Assembly: GCA_051252375.1 (NCBI GenBank) | Contig: JBPOFY010000004.1 | Coordinates: 288,001-352,000 of the forward strand | DNA from: Opitutaceae bacterium | Lineage (GTDB): Bacteria; Verrucomicrobiota; Verrucomicrobiia; Opitutales; Coraliomargaritaceae | Reading direction: 5' to 3' | DNA length: 64,000 nucleotides | Shown here: positions 48,995 through 61,650 of the stretch, one piece after another | How positions within the stretch are numbered: the first letter of the stretch is position 1 | Layout of the letters: the number at the start of each line of letters is the position of its first letter | Program-made: the position numbers and the translations under genes | Notes under the pieces: model-generated | The model's input: the letters and a program-made list of their open reading frames with translations, nothing else | The model's database searches: none | Told to the model about the DNA's origin: nothing

Positions 48995-51673
48995 CTAATT
49001 CGTCCGATGAGCCGCGGCTGCCTTCTGCCGCGCAAACACCACTTTATTGTAGAAGAAGCCAATGCCGATCAAAGCCACACCCAAACCTAGAAACGAAAAC
49101 ACACGGAAGATACCTTCTAGTTCCGATGCATCCACAAGGAAGACCTTACCCACCGTCACCAGCAGTAAAACCAATGAACCAGTATGAATCACTTGCTGAT
49201 TCCTCCAAAGCCCAATGGCTTGATAAGCTACCGCCAAGAACAGCCACACGACTGAATAGGTATAAACTTCCGCACTAGAAGCTTTCCAGCTGAACAAATG
49301 CTGACCGCCGAAGTAATCCTGAACCAAAAAGGTGCTCCACACAAAACCAAGCATCATCGCGCACAACTGATAGAGTCGACGCGCCACCTGGTCTTCGCTC
49401 TCACCACAAAACCACGCGAGGGCAAAAGCGGCAAAGAAAGGCACGCCAAACTGCAACAGCAACGCATTGAAGAAGAAACTCTCACCTGCCGCACCCGAAT
49501 CTACGAGGTGCAAAAAGACCACACGCATCGCAACCATAACCGAAAGCAACAAACTGGCCGTGCGGCCACCACGGAGACGACCCGAGTAAGCACGCCCGAC
49601 GACCGCAAAGACGGCGAGCAATGCCGTCAGCCCACCCTCGATCATCACACGAGTCCACGACTCCGGCACCACCGATTGATCCAGCCACTGATAAAGCGCC
49701 ACAAAACCCAATAAGGCGACGAGCCCCGAACACCAAGCAGACGCACGGCTCAACAGACCCTCTTCTTCTCGCACCAGCCACAGCGTCAGCACCGAACCGA
49801 TCGCCCCACAGAGCCAAGCCAACACCGCGACTCCATCCTGATGAGTCTCGTGCTGAAAAGTCTCTCTAAAGAAATAGGCCACAGCATCCGCGGCAAAAGG
49901 CAACATCACCACTCCCCACGCAGCGCTCACAAGCCCGAGCACTAAACCCATACGCCCTAAATCACGCCATTTCCAATAGAGTGCCGAAACGATGAACAGC
50001 CCGGCTAAACTATGCGCGAGATAAGTTGCCGGCACATATGTCCATAAACCAAAACCAATCATCGCGACTGCAAAGCATGAATATTCTCCAACCACCTCGA
50101 GTGATTCTTCACGACGACGTAAATGCTCTGCCGCCAACAGCAATAACGCTGCGGCAACTGATGCGAGCAGAAACCAAAACCCCGAGAACGGAACCGCGAA
50201 AGCTGGGTTATTCTGCTCTGCCACATTACGCCAGATGAAATCTATTTCCTGCGACGTGCCCAACAAGACAACGCGATTTAGATACAACAACGGTGCAAAC
50301 AAAAGTGCCGAAGCCACTGACAATCCCCGCCAAATTGTGAATTGCGTAGAGCGCAACCCCTGCCAGTGACCCACGGCAAAAAATATACAGAGCAACCCCG
50401 CCGGCCAGATAAACCAGCTCAGCCATCCCGCAGCAGGATTCGCAACGACACCCACCGCAATCGCAGTCAATGCCAGCCAAGCAGCCCAAATGAATTCCTC
50501 CTCACGCAGAACAGCTAAGAGCAAGGCACCCAAGCCCAACACCCCGAAGAGCGCCATGTCCACACCAGCAAAACCGCCCAACCAAACAAGCGCTAACGAT
50601 TGCAGCAGCCCACCGCCCCAAGCAAGTAACCGAATCGTTGAAAACAATAGGATCGTCCCTTCACTCGGCTTCTCGGTCTTAGCCATCACTGCCCACAGCG
50701 CATTGGCCACACAGATCCCCATCACAAACCACATCGCACCTTCAATGTGCTGGGCTGGATGATTCAGACCTTCTGCGATCACAATGAAAGACCAAACATA
50801 CGCCCCAACCAAAGTGCCCAGCAACAATCCCCACCAGCCTCGTCGCATGCAAAGAAACTGAGCACCACAGAACAACAAGAACAGATAACTGAACAGCATC
50901 GCGGTGTCCGTCAGATCAGTTTGCATCAACCAAGGCGTGAGAAATCCGCCAACCAAGCCCATCAACGCAATCGGTGCACCGTTCTTCAGCGAGAGCCCAA
51001 CCGCCAAACCCGTGACTGCCACCATCAAGATGAAGCCCTGGGTCGGCGACAAAAAGCCATACAAGTGCACCGCCGCATAGGCCGCAAAATACAAACAAGC
51101 GACCCCCGCCCCCGACAAAGCCTGACCAATTCGTTCATTCCCAGCCAATTTCGACTTCACACTAATGACAAAACCAGCCCCACAGAGCAGCGCACCAAAT
51201 CCAGCAGTCAGCCACAATCGCACCATCGGCGTCAACCAGCCCGATTCAATCGAGTATTTGACCATATAGAACCCCGCCATCAACAGGGCAACACCACCAA
51301 CCCAAACAGCTACCTTGCTGAACCAGTCATTCGACTCGCCTGCAGCTTCCACTCGCGCTTCTGGCGCAGGGATTCTCGCAGGAGCAGGCGCTACCGGCTT
51401 AACTGGTTCAATGGCCGCCTTTGGCATCGGCGGTGGCACAACCGGCGCGGGCTCCATCTTCTCAACCACGACCTCTTTCGAAATCGGTTTCACGTCGGCT
51501 TCCACTTTAGCTGGTGCCTCTTGATTCGGAGCACCCGACGTTCTGGATCGTTCCAGTTCCTTGGCAAGTCGCTCGATGTCTCCCCGTAACGAGTTATGAC
51601 GCAACAAATTCACCCAAGGTAAAACCATCGCCGCTAGTAGTGCACACAGAATTAAGATAGCCAGAAGTTCCAT
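48995..51673 (-). CDS. DUF2339 polytopic membrane protein
   Basis: WVGGVALLMAGFYMVKYSIESGWLTP; C-terminal KVFLVD..RVFSFLGLG; many TM helices. Confidence 0.88.
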   Translation of the reverse strand: MELLAILILCALLAAMVLPWVNLLRHNSLRGDIERLAKELERSRTSGAPNQEAPAKVEADVKPISKEVVVEKMEPAPVVPPPMPKAAIEPVKPVAPAPARIPAPEARVEAAGESNDWFSKVAVWVGGVALLMAGFYMVKYSIESGWLTPMVRLWLTAGFGALLCGAGFVISVKSKLAGNERIGQALSGAGVACLYFAAYAAVHLYGFLSPTQGFILMVAVTGLAVGLSLKNGAPIALMGLVGGFLTPWLMQTDLTDTAMLFSYLFLLFCGAQFLCMRRGWWGLLLGTLVGAYVWSFIVIAEGLNHPAQHIEGAMWFVMGICVANALWAVMAKTEKPSEGTILLFSTIRLLAWGGGLLQSLALVWLGGFAGVDMALFGVLGLGALLLAVLREEEFIWAAWLALTAIAVGVVANPAAGWLSWFIWPAGLLCIFFAVGHWQGLRSTQFTIWRGLSVASALLFAPLLYLNRVVLLGTSQEIDFIWRNVAEQNNPAFAVPFSGFWFLLASVAAALLLLAAEHLRRREESLEVVGEYSCFAVAMIGFGLWTYVPATYLAHSLAGLFIVSALYWKWRDLGRMGLVLGLVSAAWGVVMLPFAADAVAYFFRETFQHETHQDGVAVLAWLCGAIGSVLTLWLVREEEGLLSRASAWCSGLVALLGFVALYQWLDQSVVPESWTRVMIEGGLTALLAVFAVVGRAYSGRLRGGRTASLLLSVMVAMRVVFLHLVDSGAAGESFFFNALLLQFGVPFFAAFALAWFCGESEDQVARRLYQLCAMMLGFVWSTFLVQDYFGGQHLFSWKASSAEVYTYSVVWLFLAVAYQAIGLWRNQQVIHTGSLVLLLVTVGKVFLVDASELEGIFRVFSFLGLGVALIGIGFFYNKVVFARQKAAAAHRTN

Positions 51674-51697
51674 AATGCAAAAAGTTTAAGAATATAT

Positions 51698-51733
51698 TTG
51701 AACATTGTTCAATATTATTTTTAACAGTGTTCA
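51698..51733. promoter_or_regulatory. Tandem palindromic operators (probable TetR sites)
   Basis: TTGAACA-T-TGTTCAA (51698-51712) and TTAACA-G-TGTTCA (51721-51733) between divergent genes. Confidence 0.7.
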
Positions 51734-51792
51734 TAATTAAGTAATATATAACGCAAAAACGCACCCAAAACTTTCCAAACCCACTCAATTAA

Positions 51793-52368
51793 ATGGCTCG
51801 CCGCAAAGATCACACTCGTGAAGAACTCACCGCCCTCGCCACCAAATGCGGACAACAACTCGTTGTCGCAGAAGGTTCTAGTGCACTCACCGCGCGCAAT
51901 GTCGCCAAAATGATGGGCTATACCGCAGGCACGCTCTACAATATTTTCGAGAACATCGATGGCCTTGCAGCAGCAATCAACATTCAGAGCATGGATTCAT
52001 TTGCCGAAGGGATTGAAGAAATCCTCAGGCACAACGCGAAACCCAAGAAGCGCCTGCGCCTCATTTCCAAAGCCTACCTCACTTTCCAAGAAGAGGAGCC
52101 CTACCTGTGGGCTCTACTATTCGCAACTCCCATCAACAGTGACTCCGACGCCTACCGGCAAGCGGTGCACCGCATCTTCGACCAAGTCGCCGAGGCACTA
52201 CAACCACTCAGCGGAAGCGCAAAAGCCGCCCGGCAAGACGCCAAAATCCTCTGGTCCACCCTGCACGGTATATGCCTGCTTAAAGAACACGGAAAACTCG
52301 ACGTATCGACGACCGACACTCCAGAAGAGCTGGTAAAACGATTTCTAGATCAATTTCTACAAAAATGA
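51793..52368 (+). CDS. TetR/AcrR transcriptional regulator (WHG-type C-term)
   Basis: HTH LTARNVAKMMGYTAGTLYNIF; LWSTLHG. Confidence 0.92.
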   Translation: MARRKDHTREELTALATKCGQQLVVAEGSSALTARNVAKMMGYTAGTLYNIFENIDGLAAAINIQSMDSFAEGIEEILRHNAKPKKRLRLISKAYLTFQEEEPYLWALLFATPINSDSDAYRQAVHRIFDQVAEALQPLSGSAKAARQDAKILWSTLHGICLLKEHGKLDVSTTDTPEELVKRFLDQFLQK

Positions 52369-53072
52369 AACTCCTCTCCACACTCACACTGCTCCTACTA
52401 ATGATCCCTAGCCTTCACGCCAAAGACACAGTGGTCCTCTTGCACGGTCTCATGCGCCAACCTGCTTCAATGAGCAAAATGGCAAGCGCACTGGAAGCCG
52501 AAGGTTACCGCGTGCTGAACATCGACTACCCTTCTCGCGACCAGACAATCGAAGTGCTTGCTGCCACGGTAAGGCGACAGGTTGCTAGAGATACTGTAGA
52601 CAGTGCGCAGGTCCACTTCGTCACCCACTCCATGGGCGGCATCCTAGTGCGTCAGATACAGAAAAGCGCCCCGCTGCCCAACATAGGGCGCGTCGTCATG
52701 CTCAGCCCACCGAACCAAGGCAGTGAAGTTGTCGATAAGATCGGTCATTGGAAAGCCTTCCACTTCGTCAATGGACCAGCAGGCAAACAGCTAAGCACAG
52801 ACATCAAAGGTTTCATTGCAGAACTAGGTCCTGTCGACTTTGAGTGTGGAATCCTTACCGGTGATCGCAGCATCAACTGGATCAATTCGATGATGATACC
52901 TGGCAAGGACGATGGAAAAGTCTCCACTGAGGGAGCTAAAGTGGAAGGAATGACAGATTATAAAGTCGTTCACGCAACCCATCCAATGATCATGAAGAAA
53001 AAGGCCGTGATTCAAGAAGTGATCACATTCTTACAGACTGGGGAGTTTGAACCAGCGAACGACAAGCCCTAG
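52365..53072 (+). CDS. Secreted alpha/beta hydrolase (lipase/esterase)
   Basis: Signal peptide, VLLHGL, THSMGG, DDGKV, His in ATHP. ATGA overlap with the TetR gene. Confidence 0.88.
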   Translation: MKLLSTLTLLLLMIPSLHAKDTVVLLHGLMRQPASMSKMASALEAEGYRVLNIDYPSRDQTIEVLAATVRRQVARDTVDSAQVHFVTHSMGGILVRQIQKSAPLPNIGRVVMLSPPNQGSEVVDKIGHWKAFHFVNGPAGKQLSTDIKGFIAELGPVDFECGILTGDRSINWINSMMIPGKDDGKVSTEGAKVEGMTDYKVVHATHPMIMKKKAVIQEVITFLQTGEFEPANDKP

Positions 53073-53094
53073 TCGACCGCCATCACTCAACCAC

Positions 53095-53125
53095 AAAAAA
53101 GCCCGCAACTTTCGTTGCGGGCTTT
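53095..53125 (-). terminator. Rho-independent terminator of pil operon
   Basis: AAAAAAGCCCGCAAC-tttc-GTTGCGGGCTTT. Confidence 0.85.
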
Positions 53126-53145
53126 CGAAAAATTCTCTGATAAAA

Positions 53146-54396
<1,251 letters not shown>

Positions 54397-54416
54397 GGGA
54401 GTATTGTTACTGGGGA

Positions 54417-56108
54417 TTAAGTATATTTAAGAACTTCTTCAATGGTTGAGTTTCCGTCAAAAATGGCGCGCAAACCGTCATCACGCAAGCTTCTCATACC
54501 TTGCTCAAGCGCTTTTTGCTTAATCGCTAAAGTCGGTGCACGCTGATTGATCATTTCGCGAATCGCATCGGTCACTTTAATCATTTCAAACAAACCAATA
54601 CGGCCGCGATAGCCTGTATTACTACACTCAGGGCAACCTTCGCCGTAGAAAAAGTCCTTATCTGCGATCTCCAAAGGATCCACTTCGAGGATATCTATCA
54701 TTTCTTGAGTCGGCTCGTATCCCGTGCGGCAGGTCTTACAAATGCGGCGAATCAATCTTTGTGCCAAGATCGCTTCGAGCGAAGCAGAAATCAAGAACGG
54801 CTCTAAGCCCATATCAATAAGACGCGTGACGGCACCAGGAGCATCATTCGTGTGCAGCGTGCTTAACACAACGTGACCTGTCAGCGAAGCCTGCACAGCA
54901 ATTTGAGCGGTCTCCAAGTCACGAATTTCCCCGACCATGATCTTATCCGGATCTTGACGAAGGAAGGCACGAAGCGCGCGCTGGAAGTCGAGCCCGACTT
55001 GGTGATTCACCGCAACCTGCATGATACCATCGATCTCATACTCGACGGGATCTTCCGCGGTCAAAATCTTAGTCTCAACATCATTCACTTCACGAAGCGC
55101 ACTATACAAAGTGGTTGTTTTACCAGAGCCAGTAGGCCCGGTAACAATGAAAATACCATTTGGGCGATCCACTAGTTCACGAATCGTAAGAAGGATGTCA
55201 TCCGGCAAACTAAGCGCCTCGAGGTCGAGGTTAACCACAGATTTGTCCAAGACACGAAGCACCACACTCTCACCAAATTGAGTGGGCAAAGTAGATACAC
55301 GAAGATCCACAGGGCGCCCCGCGATAGTCATCTTAATACGTCCATCCTGCGGAATACGCGTTTCCGAGATATTCATATTCGAAAGAACTTTAATGCGCGA
55401 AGTCACAGGAACAGCAAGGCTCTTAGGCGGTGGCGCCATTTCATAAAGCGCACCGTCAATACGATAACGAATACGGAATTGTTCTTCGAACGGCTCGAAG
55501 TGGACGTCCGACGCTTTATCCTTAATCGCCTGCTGAAGCACCAAGTTAACGAAGCGAATAATCGGTGTCTGGTTGGCTAAATCCGTTAAATCAGAATCGG
55601 AGAGATGCTCTTCATCAACGTCGTCAAAAGTATCACCAAGATCCCCTAAGATATCATCAATCGATGAGTCTTCCTCCCCGTATGTCGCAGTAATCAGAGA
55701 ATCTACGAACTCGGGATTACATACGACGATCGTGATATCTTTATTCAACGTGAATGTCAGATCATCGATAATGCTGGGATTAAACGGATCCTTCGCGAGC
55801 AATGAAACACTGGTGTCTGTGACCTGATACGGGATCACCGCATACATCCGAGCAACAGCCGCCTTCATCGTGGATGCGATATTGTCCGGGATGGTGGTGG
55901 GCATCTGGTCGAGATAATCATAGCCGAGATAATCCGCGACCGCGGATAAGACAGTGGAACGTTCCACTGTGCCGGAATCGACAACAGAATCTGCCAACGA
56001 CTTTCCAGTGTGAATGTGCGACTCATTCAGTTCATCAAGCTGCGCTTTATCGAGCAACTCAGCTGAACTAATAATTTCGTAAATAGTATCGTTATGATCT
56101 TCGAACAT
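54417..56108 (-). CDS. pilB: PilB/GspE assembly ATPase (paralog 2)
   Basis: [39 protein letters not shown]. Confidence 0.9.
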   Translation of the reverse strand: MFEDHNDTIYEIISSAELLDKAQLDELNESHIHTGKSLADSVVDSGTVERSTVLSAVADYLGYDYLDQMPTTIPDNIASTMKAAVARMYAVIPYQVTDTSVSLLAKDPFNPSIIDDLTFTLNKDITIVVCNPEFVDSLITATYGEEDSSIDDILGDLGDTFDDVDEEHLSDSDLTDLANQTPIIRFVNLVLQQAIKDKASDVHFEPFEEQFRIRYRIDGALYEMAPPPKSLAVPVTSRIKVLSNMNISETRIPQDGRIKMTIAGRPVDLRVSTLPTQFGESVVLRVLDKSVVNLDLEALSLPDDILLTIRELVDRPNGIFIVTGPTGSGKTTTLYSALREVNDVETKILTAEDPVEYEIDGIMQVAVNHQVGLDFQRALRAFLRQDPDKIMVGEIRDLETAQIAVQASLTGHVVLSTLHTNDAPGAVTRLIDMGLEPFLISASLEAILAQRLIRRICKTCRTGYEPTQEMIDILEVDPLEIADKDFFYGEGCPECSNTGYRGRIGLFEMIKVTDAIREMINQRAPTLAIKQKALEQGMRSLRDDGLRAIFDGNSTIEEVLKYT

Positions 56109-56154
56109 TTGGAGGGGGTGATTACCTAATCAAGGTTACAGCAATATGGGGATT

Positions 56155-57237
56155 TTAAAGGGAAGTGAGTGTTGCGCCGTTTTCAAGCAACCTGTCGCGC
56201 ATCGCTCCAGGAGTTTGTGATTTCTCCAGTGCTTCATCTGCACTGATTAAATCTTTGTTATACAAATTTAGTAAATGAGCATCTAAGCTAATCATACCAT
56301 GCGTGGCACCCGTCTGGATGTCAGAAGCAATACGATAGGTCTTATTTTCGCGAATGAGTTGCGAAATCGAAGTCGTGGTGACCATAATTTCGAAAGAAGC
56401 AATACGGCCGCCGCCCTTCTTCTTGCAGAGCACTTGAGAAATGACCGCGACGATGGATGCTGCTAGTTGCGTGCGCATCTGGTCTTTCATGTCTGCGGGA
56501 AACGCATCTACAATACGGTCTACTGTTCGAGCAGCACCTGTTGTGTGCAATGTTGCAAAGACTAGGTGACCAGTCTCGGCAGCACCAACAGCTGCCTCAA
56601 TGGTTTCGAGGTCACGCATTTCACCAACCAGAATAACATCGGGGTCTTGACGTAGCGCGCCGCGAATTGCGGCAGAGAAGGAAGTGACATCATTCCCGAC
56701 TTCACGTTGGGTGACGATGCAGTTTTTGTGCTCATGGAAATATTCAATCGGGTCTTCAATCGTGATGATATGTCCATCACGATTTTCATTAATCCAATTT
56801 ACCATTGATGCCAAGGTAGTCGACTTACCAGAACCAGTGGGCCCCGTGACCAGAATCAAGCCGCGAGGGCGTGTGATCAGCTCCTTGATTTTATCGGGCA
56901 GACCGATGTCCGTAAGCGTAAACAAATCATTTGGAATCTGGCGAAGCACCATGCCGTAAGAACCTTTCGCGCGCAGGACACTCACGCGGAAGCGAGCACG
57001 GTCCATATAAGCAAAACCGAAATCGGCACCACCCATTGTCTTCAACTGCTCTTGACTGCTTGAAGATGTGATTGCCTTCATCAAGTCCTCCGTGTCAACC
57101 GGAGTCAGCTTCGGACCATCCACAGGGGACATAGCGCCACTGATGCGCAAAGTCGGGGCTTGATTGACCTGGATGTGCAAATCAGATGCGCCCTGATCAA
57201 CCATCAGTTCCAAAAGGTCATTCATTTCATAGCTCAT
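56155..57237 (-). CDS. pilT: Type IV pilus retraction ATPase
   Basis: [42 protein letters not shown] (AIRNLIRE-like). Confidence 0.92.
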   Translation of the reverse strand: MSYEMNDLLELMVDQGASDLHIQVNQAPTLRISGAMSPVDGPKLTPVDTEDLMKAITSSSSQEQLKTMGGADFGFAYMDRARFRVSVLRAKGSYGMVLRQIPNDLFTLTDIGLPDKIKELITRPRGLILVTGPTGSGKSTTLASMVNWINENRDGHIITIEDPIEYFHEHKNCIVTQREVGNDVTSFSAAIRGALRQDPDVILVGEMRDLETIEAAVGAAETGHLVFATLHTTGAARTVDRIVDAFPADMKDQMRTQLAASIVAVISQVLCKKKGGGRIASFEIMVTTTSISQLIRENKTYRIASDIQTGATHGMISLDAHLLNLYNKDLISADEALEKSQTPGAMRDRLLENGATLTSL

Positions 57238-57273
57238 CGTATTACTTCGTTTGGTGTCAGGGTTTGCAAAGCG

Positions 57274-58983
57274 TTATTCTGAATCGCCAACGGTGGCGTG
57301 AAGCACTTCCTCCGAAGTCGTAACGCCAGCGATGATCTTACGCACACCATCCTCACGCATACTACGCATTCCCATTTCACGGGCTTTATTGCGAATCGCG
57401 ACCAGGCTGGCCTCATCATAAATCATCGTCTGCAGTTCTTCATTAACGAGGAACATCTCGAAGATACCAACACGACCACGGAAACCAGTGGAATTACATT
57501 TCGCACATCCCTTACCGCGCATAAATGTAGCTTCAATCGCCTGATCGGCACGAATACCTAGTGAATTCAAGTGACGCTCATCCGGAGTGTCAGGAGCCTT
57601 ACAGTTCATACAAGTCCGACGAACCAGACGTTGTGCCAACACAGCACGAACAGAAGCCGAAACAAGGAAAGGCTTGATGCCAATATCAATCAAACGACTC
57701 ACAGCACTCGGCGCATCATTTGTGTGCAGCGTACTAAACACCATGTGACCGGTGAGCGACGCATTCACGGCAATTTCCGCTGTTTCTTTGTCACGAATTT
57801 CCCCGACCATAATGATATTCGGGGCCTGACGAAGCATGGACCGAAGCGCAGCAGAGAAGGTCATTCCGACCTCACGACGCACTTGCACCTGATTAATCCC
57901 CCCCATTTCATACTCCACCGGATCTTCTACAGTGATGATTTTACGGTCTGGGTGATTGATGCAATTTAGAGCCGAATACAGCGTGGTTGATTTACCGGAA
58001 CCGGTAGGCCCTGTTACCAAGAAGATGCCGTCCGGCATAGCAATAATGCGCTCAAAGGCTGCCTGGTCGTCGCTAAAGAAACCGAGTTGAGGCAAGCCAA
58101 GATTAAGGCCTTCCTTATCGAGAATACGCATAACAATACTCTCACCGAAAGCAGTGGGCAAAGTAGAAACACGAAGGTCGATCACCTTAGGGCCAACTGT
58201 AATATTAATACGTCCGTCTTGAGGCACACGTTTCTCAGCAATACTGACATTCGACATCAATTTGATACGAGAAACAATTGCAGGCTGAAGACGCTTCGGT
58301 GGGTTTTCCACTTCATGTAAAACACCATCAATACGGTAACGGACTCGGAACCGTTTCTCTAACGGTTCCATATGAATATCAGATGCACGACGTTTGAGTG
58401 CCTCAGAGATCACCATGTGCACATAACGGATGATCGGCGCTTCCTCTTCAGCAACATTGCCCTCGTCACCTGTAGGAAGATCTAGCTTCTGATCTTCATC
58501 CTCCTTAAACATTTCGTGAACACCGCCCTCAAGCTTGGCTCCATCATAAAACTGATGGATAGCCTTCTCGATGTCTTCATACGGTGCAACGCGACTGACG
58601 ATGGAGCGCTTCAGAACGTGACTGAGGCTGTCAATCGTATCCATGTCTAGCGGGTCATGAACAGCAAGTTCAACTTCATTATCGTCTGCCTCCAAGGGAA
58701 ACACATGATAACGCTTCGCCAGTTCGTAATCAACGACCTCCAAGGCTTCAGCAGAGGCATGCACATCGTGCAAATCAACGACGTCCATATTGAACTCGGC
58801 AGCCAGCACCTCAGCGACCTGCATCTGCGTTAACTTATGATGCAAAACCAAGTGATCCAGCACCGCACCATCGCCAGGGCTCTCACTGTCAGCCGTCGCA
58901 TCGCGAGCCTCTTGGATCGATTCAGAATCAACGATTCCTTGATCAGTTAATAGTTGAAGAACAAATTCGTCGTCGGAAGTCAC
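57274..58983 (-). CDS. pilB: PilB/GspE assembly ATPase (paralog 1)
   Basis: [35 protein letters not shown] start. Confidence 0.9.
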   Translation of the reverse strand: MTSDDEFVLQLLTDQGIVDSESIQEARDATADSESPGDGAVLDHLVLHHKLTQMQVAEVLAAEFNMDVVDLHDVHASAEALEVVDYELAKRYHVFPLEADDNEVELAVHDPLDMDTIDSLSHVLKRSIVSRVAPYEDIEKAIHQFYDGAKLEGGVHEMFKEDEDQKLDLPTGDEGNVAEEEAPIIRYVHMVISEALKRRASDIHMEPLEKRFRVRYRIDGVLHEVENPPKRLQPAIVSRIKLMSNVSIAEKRVPQDGRINITVGPKVIDLRVSTLPTAFGESIVMRILDKEGLNLGLPQLGFFSDDQAAFERIIAMPDGIFLVTGPTGSGKSTTLYSALNCINHPDRKIITVEDPVEYEMGGINQVQVRREVGMTFSAALRSMLRQAPNIIMVGEIRDKETAEIAVNASLTGHMVFSTLHTNDAPSAVSRLIDIGIKPFLVSASVRAVLAQRLVRRTCMNCKAPDTPDERHLNSLGIRADQAIEATFMRGKGCAKCNSTGFRGRVGIFEMFLVNEELQTMIYDEASLVAIRNKAREMGMRSMREDGVRKIIAGVTTSEEVLHATVGDSE

Positions 58984-59017
58984 AGTTATAAATTTAGGGG
59001 GTAAATAAAGTTAATTT

Positions 59018-60904
59018 CTATCGAGCCACACTCATCAAAAATTCCGCGTTAGTCTTGGTTTTCTTGATTCGCTGAATGAGCATTTCCATAGCATCAATAG
59101 AAGGTAGGCCTTTCATCGCTCTTCGCAATGAATAAATTTTTAACATTTCATCTGGGTGATACAGCAATTCTTCCTTACGGGTGCCGCTCTTGTCCATACT
59201 CAATGCTGGGAAGATGCGCTTGTCTGAAAGTCCACGATCTAGGTGCAGCTCCATATTGCCGGTGCCTTTAAACTCCTCGAAAATCACCTCATCCATCTTG
59301 CTGCCCGTTTCGACCAATGCTGTGGCGATAATCGTCAAGCTGCCGCCATCCTCGATATTTCTCGCAGAACCAAAAAAGCGCTTTGGTTTTTGCAGGGCAT
59401 TGGCTTCCACACCACCGGACAGGATCTTCCCGCTGCTTGGCATGGTCGTATTGTAGGCACGTGCCAAACGTGTGATCGAGTCGAGTAATATAACAACATC
59501 TTTACCAACTTCGACCATGCGACGCGCCTTCTCGATCACCATTTCGGCTGCGTGGACATGGCTCTCGGCAGATTCGTCGAAAGTCGAGCTGATGACCTCG
59601 CCGCTGACTTGACGACGAAAGTCGGTCACTTCCTCCGGGCGCTCATCGATTAATAAAATAATCAAGTGAGCATCAGGATAGTTCCTTTGAATAGAATTGG
59701 CCATGCCTTGCATGAGCACCGTTTTACCTGTGCGGGGCGGCGCAACAATGAGGCCACGTTGACCAAAGCCAATCGGGGTCAAGCAATCGACGACGCGCAT
59801 CGACAAGTTATCCCACTTCGACTCGCTATCAGCTTCCATCAAAATTCGTTCGAGCGGATAGTAAGGAATACCCTCTGTAAATGGCACAATTTCGTTCAGT
59901 GTTTCAGGGTCTTGCCCCATCACTTCATTGATACGCACAGCAAATGGGCAGGATTCGTTTTCACGATGCGGATGGAGCTGTGCGGTGACAATATGACCAC
60001 GCTGCAAGCCGTAGTGCTCGATAAAAGCCTGAGGCACATAGGAACTGAGTGCCTTAATACGGTAACTGTCTCGCTGGTATACGAGGATGCCACCAGCGTT
60101 ATCCTCCATTAGCTCAAGAATACCCGTGGTCGTGATCGGCGCTTTCGTCGCGGCGGCATGCGCCACCAGTGCATTGATCAATTGATCGCGGTTCGGCGCA
60201 TGCGGCACCTCCAAGGCAAGGGCTTCGACTTCGGCACGTAATTCCGGCAGTAGTAAATCGTAGATGCGATTGTAATCGAGTGCTGGCTTATCGGCTTCGG
60301 CCAAATCAACCGTGAGCGCATGAATCGTCTCCAAGTTTTCAAATGCTTCGAATTCCAAAAGTTCACCAAACTCAATGGGTGACTCCTCCTCAAATGCACG
60401 CTTCTTCTTGTTCTGCCAACGATTCGGTCCTTTGCCCTTTTTATTGTGCGGCTTATTTTTATTAAACTTATTGTTACGTCCTTGGCGGTCGTTCTGGTTG
60501 CGGTTCTGACGATCGTGCTTCTTTGGGTTACGATTATGCTGCTTTTGACCGCCTTCCTTGCGCCCTTCTCCGCCCGAACTCGGTGCTTCACGGGAGGGCT
60601 CGGCCTGTTCATTTGTGCTTGCAGGCGACTCGCCAGCGAAAGGCTCATCCGAAGAATCGGTCGAATAAACCACCGACTTCTTAGGCTCTGGCGCTTGAGC
60701 CGCCGGCGCGTCTGAAGAAAACATCTCGGCCTGCTTCGTCACTGGGACCTCGGCTTCGCTCTTAACGACTCGCTTCTTGGCGACCTTCTTGACCACCTTC
60801 TTTGTCGCTTTTTTAGCGACCTTCTTTGTGGCGCGCTTACGAACAGGTTTTATTTCGCCTGGTGTGAATTCACCAGGAACAGTCACATTTTCTTCTTCAC
60901 TCAT
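59018..60904 (-). CDS. rho: Transcription termination factor Rho with long N-terminal extension
   Basis: [50 protein letters not shown]. Confidence 0.96.
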   Translation of the reverse strand: MSEEENVTVPGEFTPGEIKPVRKRATKKVAKKATKKVVKKVAKKRVVKSEAEVPVTKQAEMFSSDAPAAQAPEPKKSVVYSTDSSDEPFAGESPASTNEQAEPSREAPSSGGEGRKEGGQKQHNRNPKKHDRQNRNQNDRQGRNNKFNKNKPHNKKGKGPNRWQNKKKRAFEEESPIEFGELLEFEAFENLETIHALTVDLAEADKPALDYNRIYDLLLPELRAEVEALALEVPHAPNRDQLINALVAHAAATKAPITTTGILELMEDNAGGILVYQRDSYRIKALSSYVPQAFIEHYGLQRGHIVTAQLHPHRENESCPFAVRINEVMGQDPETLNEIVPFTEGIPYYPLERILMEADSESKWDNLSMRVVDCLTPIGFGQRGLIVAPPRTGKTVLMQGMANSIQRNYPDAHLIILLIDERPEEVTDFRRQVSGEVISSTFDESAESHVHAAEMVIEKARRMVEVGKDVVILLDSITRLARAYNTTMPSSGKILSGGVEANALQKPKRFFGSARNIEDGGSLTIIATALVETGSKMDEVIFEEFKGTGNMELHLDRGLSDKRIFPALSMDKSGTRKEELLYHPDEMLKIYSLRRAMKGLPSIDAMEMLIQRIKKTKTNAEFLMSVAR

Positions 60905-60979
60905 AGGAAATAATTTCTTCTAAAGCCGCGCTCATGCATCGAGCAGGGTAAATTGGGTAATAGAGATTTCAGGCAGCCA

Positions 60980-61558
60980 CTAGCTGCATATCTCGGAGAT
61001 TAATCGACGGGTTTGACGTTTTAAAAATTCTAAGCTGCCAGCATTGGATATGATGTGGTCAGCACGGAGGGCTTTATCCAGTAGAGGCATCTGCCGCGAA
61101 CGGCGTTGTTCGACCTCAGTTCCTGTGTAACCTCTGCGAACCATACGGGCTTCAACAACATCAGGAGGACTGGTAACACAGACAGTCAAATCGAACTCGG
61201 TTTCAAGCCTTTTTTCAAACAGTAAGGGGATCTCCACTAGCCAATTCGACTCAGGCTCGGCAGAAAGCGCCTCCTGCCACACCGTCCGAACCAACGGATG
61301 TAGCAGATTTTCCAACCACTGCAGTTCCGACTCATCATTAAACACGATCTTCGCAATGGCCTTTCGATCCACTTCACCGGAAACTGAGAGCACGGCATCC
61401 CCCCAGCGCTCACGAAGCGCAGAGCGCACCTCGCCTGAGCCAGCCAACAACTCACGCACCACCGCATCTGACTCGATCGTGCGCCAGCCTGCCTCGACGA
61501 AAAGTTGCACCACGGTTGATTTGCCGCAACCGATGCCGCCTGTGAGTCCTATTTTCAA
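60980..61558 (-). CDS. coaE: Dephospho-CoA kinase
   Basis: [25 protein letters not shown]. Confidence 0.95.
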   Translation of the reverse strand: MKIGLTGGIGCGKSTVVQLFVEAGWRTIESDAVVRELLAGSGEVRSALRERWGDAVLSVSGEVDRKAIAKIVFNDESELQWLENLLHPLVRTVWQEALSAEPESNWLVEIPLLFEKRLETEFDLTVCVTSPPDVVEARMVRRGYTGTEVEQRRSRQMPLLDKALRADHIISNAGSLEFLKRQTRRLISEICS

Positions 61559-61650
61559 AATATAATCAGTGTAGCCCGATAATGGGACAAAAAGTTAAAG
61601 AGTGACATACGTGAAAAATTGTTCACGCTTTTCGTGAAACTAACGAAAAC

